A stretch of 64,000 nucleotides of DNA from an uncultured bacterium. GTDB taxonomy: Bacteria > Krumholzibacteriota > Krumholzibacteriia > Krumholzibacteriales > Krumholzibacteriaceae. Below are positions 9,259 to 19,585 of the stretch, piece after piece. Every line of letters starts with the position of its first letter. Positions within the stretch are counted from its first letter, which is position 1. The notes under the pieces were generated by a model that did no database searches, was not told the origin of the DNA, and saw nothing but the letters and a program-made list of their open reading frames with translations. A program made the translations under genes and the position numbers. The stretch covers positions 58,142 to 122,141 of the forward strand of contig CAWFAD010000012.1 in assembly GCA_963813815.1 (NCBI GenBank), read 5' to 3'.

Positions 9259-11109
9259 CTACGAAATGAGTATCGCGTCGAACTTGCAGGCCTCGAAACA
9301 GGCCCCGCACTTGATACACGTTTTCTGATCGATCGTATGAGCCTTTTTCTTCTCCCCCGTTGCCGCCTTCGTCGGGCATACTCGCGCGCACGCCGTGCAT
9401 CCGGTGCAGGCGTCCGCCGCGACCGTGAAGGCGATGAGCTCCTTGCAGACGCCGGCCGGGCACTTCCGGTCGCGGATATGCGCGAGGTACTCGTCCTTGA
9501 AATGCTTGATGGTGCTCAGCACGGGGAACGGCGCCGTGCCCCCGAGGGCGCAGAGCGAGCCGTCGATGACCCCCTTGCCGATCCATTCGAGCAGATCGAT
9601 ATCGCTCTCCACTCCCTTGCCCGCGCAGATCCGGTCGAGAATGGCGCGCATCTGGTAGACGCCCTCGCGGCACGGCGTGCACTTGCCGCAAGACTCCTGC
9701 TCGAGAAACTTGAGGAAATACCTGGCGACGTCCACCATGCAGGTGCGATCGTCCATGACGATCATGCCGCCCGAGCCCATCATCGAGCCCACCTTCGAGA
9801 GCTCGTCGAAATCGACCGGCATGTCGAGATGCTGCTCGGGGATGCAGCCGCCCGAGGGACCGCCCGTTTGTATCGCCTTGAACTTCCGGCCCTTCGGGAT
9901 GCCGCCGCCGATGCCGAACACGATCTCGCGGAGGGTGATTCCCATGGGGACCTCAACGAGACCGGTGTTGTTGATCTTGCCGACGAGCGAGAAGATCTTC
10001 GTTCCCGTGCTCCCCGCGGTGCCGATCGAGGCGTACCAGTCGGCGCCCTTGCTGATGATCGGCGGCACGTTCGCCCACGTTTCGACGTTGTTGAGGCAGG
10101 TCGGTTTGTCGTAGAGGCCCCGGTCGGTGGCGTGCACGTACTTCTGACGCGGCTCGCCGGCCCGCCCTTCGATCGAGGCGAAGAGCGCGGAGGATTCGCC
10201 GCAGACGAAGGCGCCGCCGCCGCGGTTGATCTTGATATCGAAGCTGAAATCCGTTCCGAGGATCCTTTCGCCGAGCAGCCCGTACGCGCGGGCGTTCTCG
10301 ATCGCAGAGGTGATGTTCGTCACGGCGAGCGGATACTCGTTGCGCACGTAGATGTACCCGTTGCTCGAGCCGATCGCGAAGGCGCCGATGATCATCCCCT
10401 CGAGCACGCTGTGCGGATTGCCCTCGAGGAGGCTTCGATCCATGTAGGCGCCCGGATCCCCCTCGTCGGCGTTGCAGATGACGTACTTCGGCTCGCCCTC
10501 CGCCTTGGCGGTCGATTCCCATTTCCAGCCCGTCATGAAGCCGCCGCCGCCCCGTCCGCGAAGCTTCGCCCTCGTCACCTCGTTGATGATGTCCCCGGGC
10601 TTCATCGCGAGCGCCTTGGCGAGCGCCGCGTAGCCTCCGATGGCGACGTAGTCGTCGATGCTCCGCGGATCGATCTGCCCGTTCATGCCGAAGATAAGCC
10701 GCATCTGCTTCCGGTAGAAGGGAACGTCGTGCTCGTGGAGGATTTTCTCCTTCGTCACCGGATCGCGGTACACGAGGCGGTCGATGATTTCGTCCTTGAG
10801 CACCGATTTCTCGATGATCTCGCCCGCGTCCTCGGTTTTCACGTGCTGGTAGAATATCTTCTTCGGCTGGATCACGACAAGCGGTCCGCGCTCGCAGAAT
10901 CCGTGACAGCCGCTCGTGCGAATCTCGACCTTGTTTCCGAGCCCGCGCTTCTCGATCTCCGCGCGGAAGTTGTCGATGAGCTTCTGCGTACCGTACGCGA
11001 GGCATCCCGTGCCGGCGCATATCACGATGGTCGGCTTTCTCGGGTCGCGCGCGGACGCGAGCTTCTGCTGGAGCGTCGCGAGCTCTTTCGCCGATTTAAG
11101 CTTCTTCAT
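9259..11109 (-). CDS. nuoF: NADH-binding flavoprotein of the NuoF/HydB/HndC type (FMN, NAD(H), [4Fe-4S]) with an N-terminal thioredoxin-like [2Fe-2S] domain and a C-terminal 2x[4Fe-4S] domain
   Basis: The 616 aa protein has a GRGGGGF glycine-rich loop, the ESCGKCTPCREG 4Fe-4S motif, and C-terminal CTGCTAC ... CIKCGAC ferredoxin motifs. Confidence 0.85.
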   Translation of the reverse strand: MKKLKSAKELATLQQKLASARDPRKPTIVICAGTGCLAYGTQKLIDNFRAEIEKRGLGNKVEIRTSGCHGFCERGPLVVIQPKKIFYQHVKTEDAGEIIEKSVLKDEIIDRLVYRDPVTKEKILHEHDVPFYRKQMRLIFGMNGQIDPRSIDDYVAIGGYAALAKALAMKPGDIINEVTRAKLRGRGGGGFMTGWKWESTAKAEGEPKYVICNADEGDPGAYMDRSLLEGNPHSVLEGMIIGAFAIGSSNGYIYVRNEYPLAVTNITSAIENARAYGLLGERILGTDFSFDIKINRGGGAFVCGESSALFASIEGRAGEPRQKYVHATDRGLYDKPTCLNNVETWANVPPIISKGADWYASIGTAGSTGTKIFSLVGKINNTGLVEVPMGITLREIVFGIGGGIPKGRKFKAIQTGGPSGGCIPEQHLDMPVDFDELSKVGSMMGSGGMIVMDDRTCMVDVARYFLKFLEQESCGKCTPCREGVYQMRAILDRICAGKGVESDIDLLEWIGKGVIDGSLCALGGTAPFPVLSTIKHFKDEYLAHIRDRKCPAGVCKELIAFTVAADACTGCTACARVCPTKAATGEKKKAHTIDQKTCIKCGACFEACKFDAILIS

Positions 11110-11605
11110 CGGTTTCTACCTTTTTCCCGAGGGCGGCGAGCACCTTGTTCGTCTTGGCGATCGTGATTTGGCCGTGATACTCGTCGTTCACGACGAGTAT
11201 GGGGCCGAGCGCACAGGCGCCGAGGCAGTTCACCGTCTCAAAGCTGAACTCTCGATCGCTCGTCGTTTCGCCCGAAGCGATGCCGAGCGTGCGTGCGATG
11301 TGGTCAGCGATCTGCGGGGCCCCGCGAACGTGGCACGCCGTTCCGAGACAGAGGCTCAGGCGGTAGCGGCCTTTCGGCGCGAGACTGAACGCGCGGTAGA
11401 AGGTCGCGAGGTGGTACACGAGACTCCGCGTCACGCCGAGACTCTCGACGAGAGCGTCGAGCGCCTCTCTCGGGAGGTAATTGAACTCCCGCTGGATATC
11501 CTGCATGATGGGGATCACGAAGCTCTTGTCGCGCCCGTACCGCGCGACGATCTCGTCGACCTTCGCTCCCACGGCATCGTTTCGTTTCGATCGGCTCGCT
11601 TCCAT
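11096..11605 (-). CDS. nuoE: NuoE/HydC-type [2Fe-2S] thioredoxin-like ferredoxin subunit
   Basis: The 169 aa protein has the CLGTACH ... CLGACALGP cysteine pattern of 24 kDa NuoE-like subunits. It overlaps the nuoF start by 14 nt. Confidence 0.85.
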   Translation of the reverse strand: MEASRSKRNDAVGAKVDEIVARYGRDKSFVIPIMQDIQREFNYLPREALDALVESLGVTRSLVYHLATFYRAFSLAPKGRYRLSLCLGTACHVRGAPQIADHIARTLGIASGETTSDREFSFETVNCLGACALGPILVVNDEYHGQITIAKTNKVLAALGKKVETDEEA

Positions 11606-11654
11606 GGCTCGCTCTTTCCTGAGGTCGTCCTCTCTGCATCGACTCCCGCGCGCG

Positions 11655-12578
11655 CTAGAGCTCGGCTCTCGCGCGGAGCTTCTCCCATTCCCCCGTGACG
11701 CGACTCTGTATCTTCTCGATGAGCTCGGGCGTCAGATGGCGGAACCGCCCCTGAGGCTTGAGGTAGTCCGCGACCGGCCGCAGCGCGGGAACGTCGACCG
11801 TGATTCGGTACCGCCCCTTCTCGACTTCGTAGAGCGGGAACACACCCGTCTCGACGGCCAGCCGCCCGATCCAGATCGCCTTTTCGCTCGGAAGCCCCCA
11901 TCCCGTCGGACACACGGAGAGTATATGAATGTAGGCGGGGCCGCCGGCCTTCGCCGCCTTCTCGACCTTCTTCATGAGATCGAAGGGGTAGCTCGAGCAC
12001 GCCGTCGCGACGTAGGGGATGCCGTGCGCGGCCGCGATCTCCGGCATGTTCTTCTTCCACGTGACCTGCCCGGCCTTTATCTTGCCCGCCGGCGAGGTGG
12101 TCGTCGAGGCGCCGAACGGCGTTCCCGAGGATCGCTGCACGCCGGTGTTCATGTAGGCCTCGTTGTCGTAGCAGACATAGATGAAGCGATGCCCTCGCTC
12201 GAATGCGCCCGAAAGCGCCTGCAACCCGATGTCGCTCGTTGCGCCGTCGCCGCCCATGCCGAGGAAGATCGTCCCCTTCTCGGGGATCGCGCCCTTGCGC
12301 ACGAGCGCGCGGTAGGCGCCCTCGGCCCCCGTCGCGACCGCCGCGGCGTTTTCGAACGCGACGTGAATCCAGGGCACTCGCCAGTTGGTGAAGGGGAACG
12401 GCGAGGAGATGATCTCCATGCACCCCGTGGCCGAAGCGACGACGACGTTCTGCCCGAGCGCCTTTGCGACGAGCCGGACGGCGAGCGCTTCCGCGCACCC
12501 CTGACAGGCGCGATGTCCCGGGGCGAAGTACTCGCGCTTCGTGACGAGCCTCGAGGCGTATACGTTGAGCGATTCCAT
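11655..12578 (-). CDS. porB: Pyruvate/2-oxoacid:ferredoxin oxidoreductase beta subunit (TPP-binding)
   Basis: The 307 aa protein has the CQGCAE cysteine motif and the TPP-binding GDG ... NE region. Confidence 0.85.
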   Translation of the reverse strand: MESLNVYASRLVTKREYFAPGHRACQGCAEALAVRLVAKALGQNVVVASATGCMEIISSPFPFTNWRVPWIHVAFENAAAVATGAEGAYRALVRKGAIPEKGTIFLGMGGDGATSDIGLQALSGAFERGHRFIYVCYDNEAYMNTGVQRSSGTPFGASTTTSPAGKIKAGQVTWKKNMPEIAAAHGIPYVATACSSYPFDLMKKVEKAAKAGGPAYIHILSVCPTGWGLPSEKAIWIGRLAVETGVFPLYEVEKGRYRITVDVPALRPVADYLKPQGRFRHLTPELIEKIQSRVTGEWEKLRARAEL

Positions 12579-13762
12579 TACTCTCTCACCCCGTAGAAGA
12601 TATAATCTTCCTGCCGGATCGGCGCGCCGGAAGCGACGAGCTCCTCCGTTTTCGCGTACATCTTGATGAAGTCTTCCGGCGTAACGTCGCGGCCGGCGAA
12701 TCCCGCGAGGAAATTGGTGATCGCCGGCTTCTGCTTCTGCTCATAGAGCGCCGCGCGGATCTCGCTCGCCACCGGCCCGCCGGGACCGCCGTACGATATC
12801 GCCCGGTCGATAACGATGAGCTTTTTCACGCCCTTCACCGCGTCGCGGAGCTCGTCGAACGGAAACGGGCGCCAGAGGCGAAGCCGTATCTGCCCGACCG
12901 GCTTTCCCTGCTCGCGAAGGCGGTCGACCGCGATCGACGCGGTCTCCCCGAAGCTTCCCATCGTGACGATCGCCGTCTCGGCTCCGTCCATCTTGTAGGT
13001 TTCAACCGACTTGTACGCGCGACCGGTGATCTTCGCGATCTCGTCCCACGCCTTCATGATGACCGGCCTCGCGGCGAGGAGCGCCGCGTCCTGCGCCTTT
13101 TTCGTTTCGGCAAAAATGTTCGGAATGCCGAAGGCGCCCAGCGTGACGGGAGCGTCGGGAGTGAGCACGTTGACCGGTTTGAAGGGAGGAAGGTAACGCG
13201 CGGCCTGCTCCTTGTCCCAGTACTCGATGGCCTCGATGACGTGCGTCACGATGAACCCGTCGATGTTGATCATGACCGGTATCGAGACCGCCGGATCTTC
13301 GGCGACGCGAAAGGCGTAGAGCACGTGGTCGAAGAGCTCCTGCCCGTTGTCGGCGAACACCTGTATCCAGCCGCAGTCGCGCACCGACATCACGTCGGTG
13401 TGATCGTTCCAGATGCTCAGGGGTCCCGAAAGCGAGCGGTTCGCGAGGATCATCACGATCGGGAGCCGCAGGCTCGCCGCGATGAACACGATCTCGTTCA
13501 TGAGGGCGAGCCCCTGCGCGCTCGTGCAGGTGAAGGTGCGCGCCCCCATCGCGGAGGAGCCGCAGCACACGCTCATCGCCGAATGTTCCGATTCGACCGG
13601 TATGAACTCGGCGTCGAGCTCTCCCTCGGCGACGAGCTCGGCGAGGTGCTCGACGATGTGCGTCTGCGGGGTGATCGGATACGCCGCGACGACGTCGACG
13701 TTCGCCAGGGCGACCGCCTCCGCCGCGGCGATCGAGTTTTCGATTCCGACGCGTTTCGGCAT
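12578..13762 (-). CDS. porA: Pyruvate/2-oxoacid:ferredoxin oxidoreductase alpha subunit
   Basis: The 394 aa protein begins [34 protein letters not shown] and has the typical POR alpha domains I and III. Confidence 0.85.
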   Translation of the reverse strand: MPKRVGIENSIAAAEAVALANVDVVAAYPITPQTHIVEHLAELVAEGELDAEFIPVESEHSAMSVCCGSSAMGARTFTCTSAQGLALMNEIVFIAASLRLPIVMILANRSLSGPLSIWNDHTDVMSVRDCGWIQVFADNGQELFDHVLYAFRVAEDPAVSIPVMINIDGFIVTHVIEAIEYWDKEQAARYLPPFKPVNVLTPDAPVTLGAFGIPNIFAETKKAQDAALLAARPVIMKAWDEIAKITGRAYKSVETYKMDGAETAIVTMGSFGETASIAVDRLREQGKPVGQIRLRLWRPFPFDELRDAVKGVKKLIVIDRAISYGGPGGPVASEIRAALYEQKQKPAITNFLAGFAGRDVTPEDFIKMYAKTEELVASGAPIRQEDYIFYGVRE

Positions 13763-14068
13763 TTATTCCTCCGCCTCCTCCGCCATCGAGATGCAGCCCG
13801 TGATGCATTCCTGCGCGCAGATGCCGCAACCCTTGCAGTAGTAGAGGTCGGCCTCGAAGTAGCCTTCCTCATTCTTGCGGACCGCCGCGTCGGGACAGAA
13901 GAGGTAACAGACGCCGCACTTGACGCAGCGGGAATGATCCCACAGGGGCCGGATGGAGCGCCAGTCGCCGGTCCTATACTGCGCGGCGTTGCCGGCGTCG
14001 GAGACCGCGCAGCCGATCTCGATGTCTTTCCACCCGAGTTCTTCTTCCGATTTGACCGGCTTTTTCAT
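13763..14068 (-). CDS. porD: Pyruvate/2-oxoacid:ferredoxin oxidoreductase delta subunit (2x[4Fe-4S] ferredoxin)
   Basis: The 101 aa protein has two CxxCxxCxxxCP motifs (CVKCGVCYLFCP and CKGCGICAQEC). It is first in the cluster. Confidence 0.8.
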   Translation of the reverse strand: MKKPVKSEEELGWKDIEIGCAVSDAGNAAQYRTGDWRSIRPLWDHSRCVKCGVCYLFCPDAAVRKNEEGYFEADLYYCKGCGICAQECITGCISMAEEAEE

Positions 14069-14215
14069 GTCACTCCCCCGCGCTTCAGGGACGAAAAGCC
14101 CTCCCGACCCGATTCCCCGCCGTGAACGAAAAAAATTAGGCGAAATATACTCTCTTCGCCGCGCACCTTCAAGCGGAAACGGCGGGGGCCGCGCCCCCGC
14201 CGTCCGCCTGCGAGC

Positions 14216-16174
14216 CTACTGGCGTTCCTCGAGGAGATGCTCGACGACGTGCGGGTCGGCGAGCGTCGTCGTATCGCCGACCTCGGTGCTGCCGGTCGCG
14301 ATGACTTTGAGGATGCGACGCATGATCTTGCCGCTGCGCGTCTTCGGGAGCGCGTCGGCGAACTGTATCTTGTCGGGCTTCGCGATGGGCCCGATCATTT
14401 TCGAGACGTGGTTGCGAAGCTCTTCCTTGAGCTTGTCGCTCTTGTCGAACCCGCCGGTGAGCGTGACGAACGCGTAGAGCCCCTCGCCCTTGATCTCGTG
14501 CGGCATCGGCACGACCGCCGCCTCGGCGACCGCCTCGTGGCTCACGAGGGCGCTCTCGACTTCCATCGTTCCGATCCGGTGGCCCGAGACGTTGATCACG
14601 TCGTCGACGCGGCCCATGAGCCAGAAATAGCCGTCCTCGTCCTTGCGCGCGCCGTCGCCCGTGAAGTACACGCCCTTGTAGCGGCTGTAGTACTGATCCT
14701 GGTACCGCTGGTCGTCGCCCCACACCGTGCGGAGCTGTCCCGGCCACGGCTTCTCGATGATGAGATAGCCGCCTTCGTTCGTGTCGCACGGCGAGCCGTC
14801 CTCGCGGACGACCTTGGGGAACACGCCCGGGAACGGCAGCGTCGCTGAGCCCGGCTTCAGCGGGAACGCGCCGGGAAGCGGCGTGATGAGGATGCCGCCC
14901 GTTTCCGTCTGCCACCACGTGTCGACGATCGGGCAGCGTTCCTTGCCGATCACCCGGTAGTACCACATCCAGGCCTCGGGATTGATCGGCTCGCCGACCG
15001 AGCCGAGGAGGCGCAGGCTCGAGAGGTCGTTCTTCGCCGGCCATTCGTCGCCGTCGCGCGCGATCGCGCGGATGGCGGTCGGCGCGGTGTAGAAGACCGA
15101 CACTTTGTACTTCGAAACAACCTTCCAGAAACGATCCGGCTCGGGATAGCTCGGAACGCCCTCGAACATGACGGTCGTCGCGCCGTTCGAGAGCGGCCCG
15201 TACACGATGTACGAGTGGCCGGTGATCCAGCCGATATCGGCGGTGCACCAGTAGATGTCTTCCTCGCGCAGATCGAAGATGAGCTTGTTCGTCATGGTCA
15301 CGTACACGAGATAGCCGCCCGTCGTGTGGACGACGCCCTTCGGCTTGCCCGTCGTGCCGCTCGTGTAGAGAATGAACGAGAGGTCCTCGGCTTCGACGTG
15401 CGTCGGCTCGCAGGTTTCGGAGACCTTCGCCATCTCCTCGTGCCACCAGAAGTCTTTGCCCTTGTTCATCGTGACATCGAGCCCCGTGCGCTTGACGACG
15501 ATCACGTGCTCGATCGTCGGGCAGGCGCCGAGAACGGAATCGGCTCCGGTCTTGAGCGGCACAGCCTTGCCCCGGCGGTAGCTCCCGTCGCTCGTGATGA
15601 GCATCTTGGCGCCCGCGTCGATGATGCGGTCCTTGAGCGATTCGGCGCTGAAGCCGCCGAACACGATCGAGTGGATCGCGCCGATGCGCGTGCAGGCGAG
15701 CATCGCGATCGCGAGCTCGGGGATCATCGGAAGGTACAGGTTGACCCGATCGCCCTTCTTGATCCCGTGCGCCTTGAGGACGTTCGCGAACTTGCTGACC
15801 TCGCGATGGAGCTCCTTGTACGTGTACTTTTTCGAATCGGTGAGCGGCTCGCCTTCCCAGATGAGGGCGATCTTGTCGCCCTTCGTCTTGAGGTGCCGGT
15901 CGAGGCAGTTATAAGAGATGTTGGTCGTGCCGCCGGAGAACCATTTCACGAAGGGGGCTTTGCCGTAGTCGAGCACCTTGTCCCACTTCTTGAACCAGTG
16001 AATACAGTTCGCCTGCTCGGCCCAGAAACCCTCGAGATCCTTCTCGGATTTGCCGTAGAGCTTCTTGTACTCATCCATGCTCTTGATGTGAGCCTTCTCG
16101 ACGAAGCTCTTCGGGGGATTGAAAACCCGGCGCTCATCGAGCATCGAAGTGATGGTTTTCCTCTCCGCTGCCAT
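14216..16174 (-). CDS. acs: Acetyl-CoA synthetase (AMP-forming)
   Basis: The 652 aa protein has [12 protein letters not shown] and WQTETGG motifs and the C-terminal SGKIMRR, giving full-length Acs architecture. Confidence 0.9.
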   Translation of the reverse strand: MAAERKTITSMLDERRVFNPPKSFVEKAHIKSMDEYKKLYGKSEKDLEGFWAEQANCIHWFKKWDKVLDYGKAPFVKWFSGGTTNISYNCLDRHLKTKGDKIALIWEGEPLTDSKKYTYKELHREVSKFANVLKAHGIKKGDRVNLYLPMIPELAIAMLACTRIGAIHSIVFGGFSAESLKDRIIDAGAKMLITSDGSYRRGKAVPLKTGADSVLGACPTIEHVIVVKRTGLDVTMNKGKDFWWHEEMAKVSETCEPTHVEAEDLSFILYTSGTTGKPKGVVHTTGGYLVYVTMTNKLIFDLREEDIYWCTADIGWITGHSYIVYGPLSNGATTVMFEGVPSYPEPDRFWKVVSKYKVSVFYTAPTAIRAIARDGDEWPAKNDLSSLRLLGSVGEPINPEAWMWYYRVIGKERCPIVDTWWQTETGGILITPLPGAFPLKPGSATLPFPGVFPKVVREDGSPCDTNEGGYLIIEKPWPGQLRTVWGDDQRYQDQYYSRYKGVYFTGDGARKDEDGYFWLMGRVDDVINVSGHRIGTMEVESALVSHEAVAEAAVVPMPHEIKGEGLYAFVTLTGGFDKSDKLKEELRNHVSKMIGPIAKPDKIQFADALPKTRSGKIMRRILKVIATGSTEVGDTTTLADPHVVEHLLEERQ

Positions 16175-16439
16175 CTGCTACCTCCTGTAGGGTTTCCGTT
16201 CGCTCGCAGGATTATCGTTTCAGTCGGATACATGGTCGCGCAAAACGCGGCACTAAACGCTTGAATTTATTGAGATACTCCGCAAATGTCAAGACAAAAT
16301 CGGTTTGGCGAATGGGGGTTCCGCAAACCTCTGGAAACGAATCCCCAGCCGGTATATACTCTCACACTGCGGCGTTCGAGCGGCCCGTACCGGGCATGCA
16401 ACGCCCTCCGCGAAACGGGACGCCGCGCCGCGAACGACC

Positions 16440-18934
16440 ATGCCGAAAAAGAGCGCATTACGCCTTCCGCTCGCGGCCGCGATCCGGCCCTGCGCCGCCG
16501 TCGCCGCTCTGGCCATCGCCGCCGCGCCGGGGCCGCTTTTCGCCGTGGGCCACGCGCGGGATATCCGTTTCACGCAGATCTCCATCGAACAGGGGCTCTC
16601 GCAGAGCATCGTCGAGTGCATCATCCAGGACCGGCGCGGATTCATATGGATGGCCACCGAGGACGGGCTCAACAAGTTCGACGGGTACGATTTCACGATT
16701 CTCCGCCACGATCCCGACGATCCGAACAGCCTCGTCTACAACCAGCTCCTCTCCCTCTGCGAGGACCGCGACGGCCGCATATGGATCGGAACGTTCCAGG
16801 GCGGCCTCAACCGCTACGATCCCGCGACGAGGCGCTTTACCCTCTACACGCACGCGATCGGCGATTCCACGAGCATCAGCCACAATTCGATAAACGCGAT
16901 CGTCGATACGAAGGCCGGGGACCTCTGGATCGGCACCGATAACGGGCTCAACCGCTACGAGCGCCGAACGGATTCCTTCACCCGCTTTTACGGCGACTCG
17001 ACCGGCGAGAACGGACCCGGCCACAGCGGAATCCGCTGCATCCTCGAGGATCGCGGCGGCGGGGTCTGGATCGGCACGAACGGCGGCGGCCTCAGCCGTT
17101 ACGACCCGGCGAGCGGCCGATGGAGGCGCTACGCGCACGATCCCGGCGATCCCGGAAGCCTCAGCCACAACACGGTGCGCGCGATCCGCGAGGACCATGA
17201 GGGCGCGCTCTGGGTCGGCACCGTCGGCGGCGGACTCAACCGGCTCGACCGCCGGACGGATCGCTTCACCCGCTACCGGCACGACCAGGACGATCCGAAG
17301 AGTCTCGCTCACGATCAGGTGTTCGATATCCTCGAGGACCGCACAGGCGCCCTTTGGATCGGCACCAACGGCGGAGGGCTCGACCTCTTCGATCGCGAGA
17401 CCGGCGGTTTCATTCACTATCGGAACGATCCGAACGATCCGAACAGCTTGAGCTTCGACGAGATTCACGACATCTTCGAGGATCGATCGGGGATTCTGTG
17501 GCTCGGCACCTACGGGGGCGGGGCGAACAAGTTCGACACGAAGCGAAAGAGCTTCGTTCTCTACCGCCCGAATCCGGCGGATCCGGCGAGCGGGCTCAGC
17601 GCCGAGATCGTGTGGTCGATCAGCGAGGACGAGCGGGGAATCCTGTGGATCGGCACGCACGGAGGCGGGCTCAACCGCCTCGACCGCGCAACCGGGCGCT
17701 ACCGGCACTACCGCCACGATCCGGGCGATCCAACGAGCCTGAGCTCCGACATTGTGCGGATCGTGTACCGGGACCGTTCCGGAGCCTTCTGGATCGGCAC
17801 GCACGGAGGCGGCCTCTGCAGGTTCGACCGCTCGAGCGGCCGCTTCACCGCCTATCGTCACGACCCATCCGATCCGTCGAGCCTGAGCCATGACGAGATC
17901 AGATCGATATACGAGGATCGGCAGGGCGCGCTCTGGCTCGGCACGAACGGCGGCGGTCTCAACCGCATGGACCGCGCGACCGGCGTTTTCCGCCGCTACC
18001 GGTCCGATCCCAATGATTCAACGAGCCTCAGCAACGATTTCGTGCGCGCGATCTACGAGGACGACTCGGGGGGCTTCTGGATCGGCACGCAGGGGGGAGG
18101 GCTCAACCGCCTCGACCGCTCGACGGGCGTATTCACGCCGTTCCGGGCGAACCGGCTCGACGCGGGCGGCATCAGCAACGATTACATCTTCTCCATCTTC
18201 GAGGATTCGCGGCGAGGTATGTGGATCGCCACCTGGGGCGGCGGGTTCAACAGGTTCGACCGGCAGACGGGGACCTTCAGGCACTATACGATGAAGGACG
18301 GCCTCCCCAACAACTCCGTCTACGGCATGCTCGAGGACGAGGACGGCAACCTCTGGCTCAGCACGAACCGCGGGATATCGAGATTCGACCCACGGACGGA
18401 AACCTTCAAGAACTACACCGACGAGGACGGGCTCCAGAGCAACGAGTTCAACGGAGGGGCGTTCTTCAAGAGCCCCGCCGGGGAGATGTTCTTCGGCGGG
18501 ATCCACGGCTTCAACTCTTTCTTTCCGGGGGACATCAGGGACAATTCCTTCATCCCTCCCGTCATCATCACCTCGCTCTCGGTGCTGAACCGGCCGGCGG
18601 AGCTCGACACGCCGATCACGGATATTCATACGCTCCGGCTCTCGTATCGCGATTACCTTTTTTCGTTCGAGTTCGCCGCGCTCGATTTCACGGCGCCGGA
18701 CAAGAATCAATACGCCTACCTGATGGAGGGCCTCGATCGCGATTGGATAGCGACCCCCGCGGGAAGGCGCCACGCGAGCTACACGACCCTGCCCCCGGCC
18801 GCTACGTCTTCAAGGTGAAGGGCTCGAACAACGACGGCGTATGGAACGAGACGCCCGCGACGATATCGATCGTCATCACGCCTCCCTACTGGCGAACGCT
18901 CTGGTTTCGAAAAATGATATACTTTTTTTGCTGA
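16440..18934 (+). pseudogene. Sensor protein with two-component-regulator propeller repeats, Y_Y_Y domain and TM helix. It is frameshifted near 18795, and the reading frame ends inside a foreign low-GC insertion
   Basis: From the internal Met MPKKSALRL there is a signal peptide. More than 12 repeats of the LWIGTxxGGLNRxDRxTGxFxxYRHDPxDPxSL unit follow. At a C5G homopolymer the frame of ORF 16305..18818 moves into ORF 18221..18934. That second frame carries the Y_Y_Y segment GRYVFKVKGSNNDGVWNE and a TM helix ITPPYWRTLWF. Confidence 0.6.
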
Positions 18935-19585
18935 AAGGCTGGCGCCGTTGTACCTGTACCTTCGGTACCATGTCGAATGTGGCATGCTGTTGGCCGGTTA
19001 CAGTGCTTCAAATTCAATGATGATTCATACCACGATCATCAGACATGACCGCGCTGCATAGCCTAGCCACACGTGGTCTGCAGCGGCGTAAGGTCACGCG
19101 AATCAAAAGCACAAAAAATGTGCAACTTTTAGCATCCAGAGGTTTGGATATTTCCACAGTACATAATTGAGGGGATCATCTTCATGCACCACTCTTGGCA
19201 GCCGCAAGGTCATCCCGGGTGGTATCACGCTGCAGTGTGGTACTTATATGATATTACTTTTTTTTGGCTGAAAGGCTGGCGCCGTTGTACCCCTGTACCC
19301 TTTCAGGTACCATGTCCGAATGTGGCATGCTGTTGGCCCGGTTAACCAGTGCTTCAAATTCAATGATGATTCATACCACGATCATCAGACATGACCGCGC
19401 TGCATAGCCTAGCCACACGTGGTGCTGCAGCGGCGTAAGGTCACGCGAATCAACTGCACAAAAAATGTGCAACTTTTGCAGCACCAGAGGTTTGGATATT
19501 TGAGTATAATTAATATTAGAATTAGATATTTTATATTTATATTTATAATTATATTTATCTATTTAATATATTTTTTTTTTTTATA
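18914..19585. repeat. Low-GC (about 40-45%) insertion containing an imperfect tandem duplication of a roughly 250 bp unit, plus an AT-rich low-complexity tail
   Basis: Unit 1 is about 18914..19155 and unit 2 about 19248..19504. Both begin ATGATAT(T)ACTTTTTTTGCTGAAAGGCTGGCGCCGTTGTACC and end GGTTTGGATATTT. They differ by scattered 1-2 nt indels. Each unit has a short hairpin GCACAAAAAATGTGC. The tail at 19505..19585 is TATAATTAATATTAGAATTAGATATTTTATATTTATATTTATAATTATATTTATCTATTTAATATATTTTTTTTTTTT. The flanking DNA is about 68% GC. Confidence 0.6.

Noticed and set aside
18914-19504. Possibility that the two 250 bp repeats are a CRISPR array
   Set aside because: There are only two long (about 250 bp) imperfect copies separated by about 90 bp. 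There are no short regular repeat-spacer units and no cas genes.
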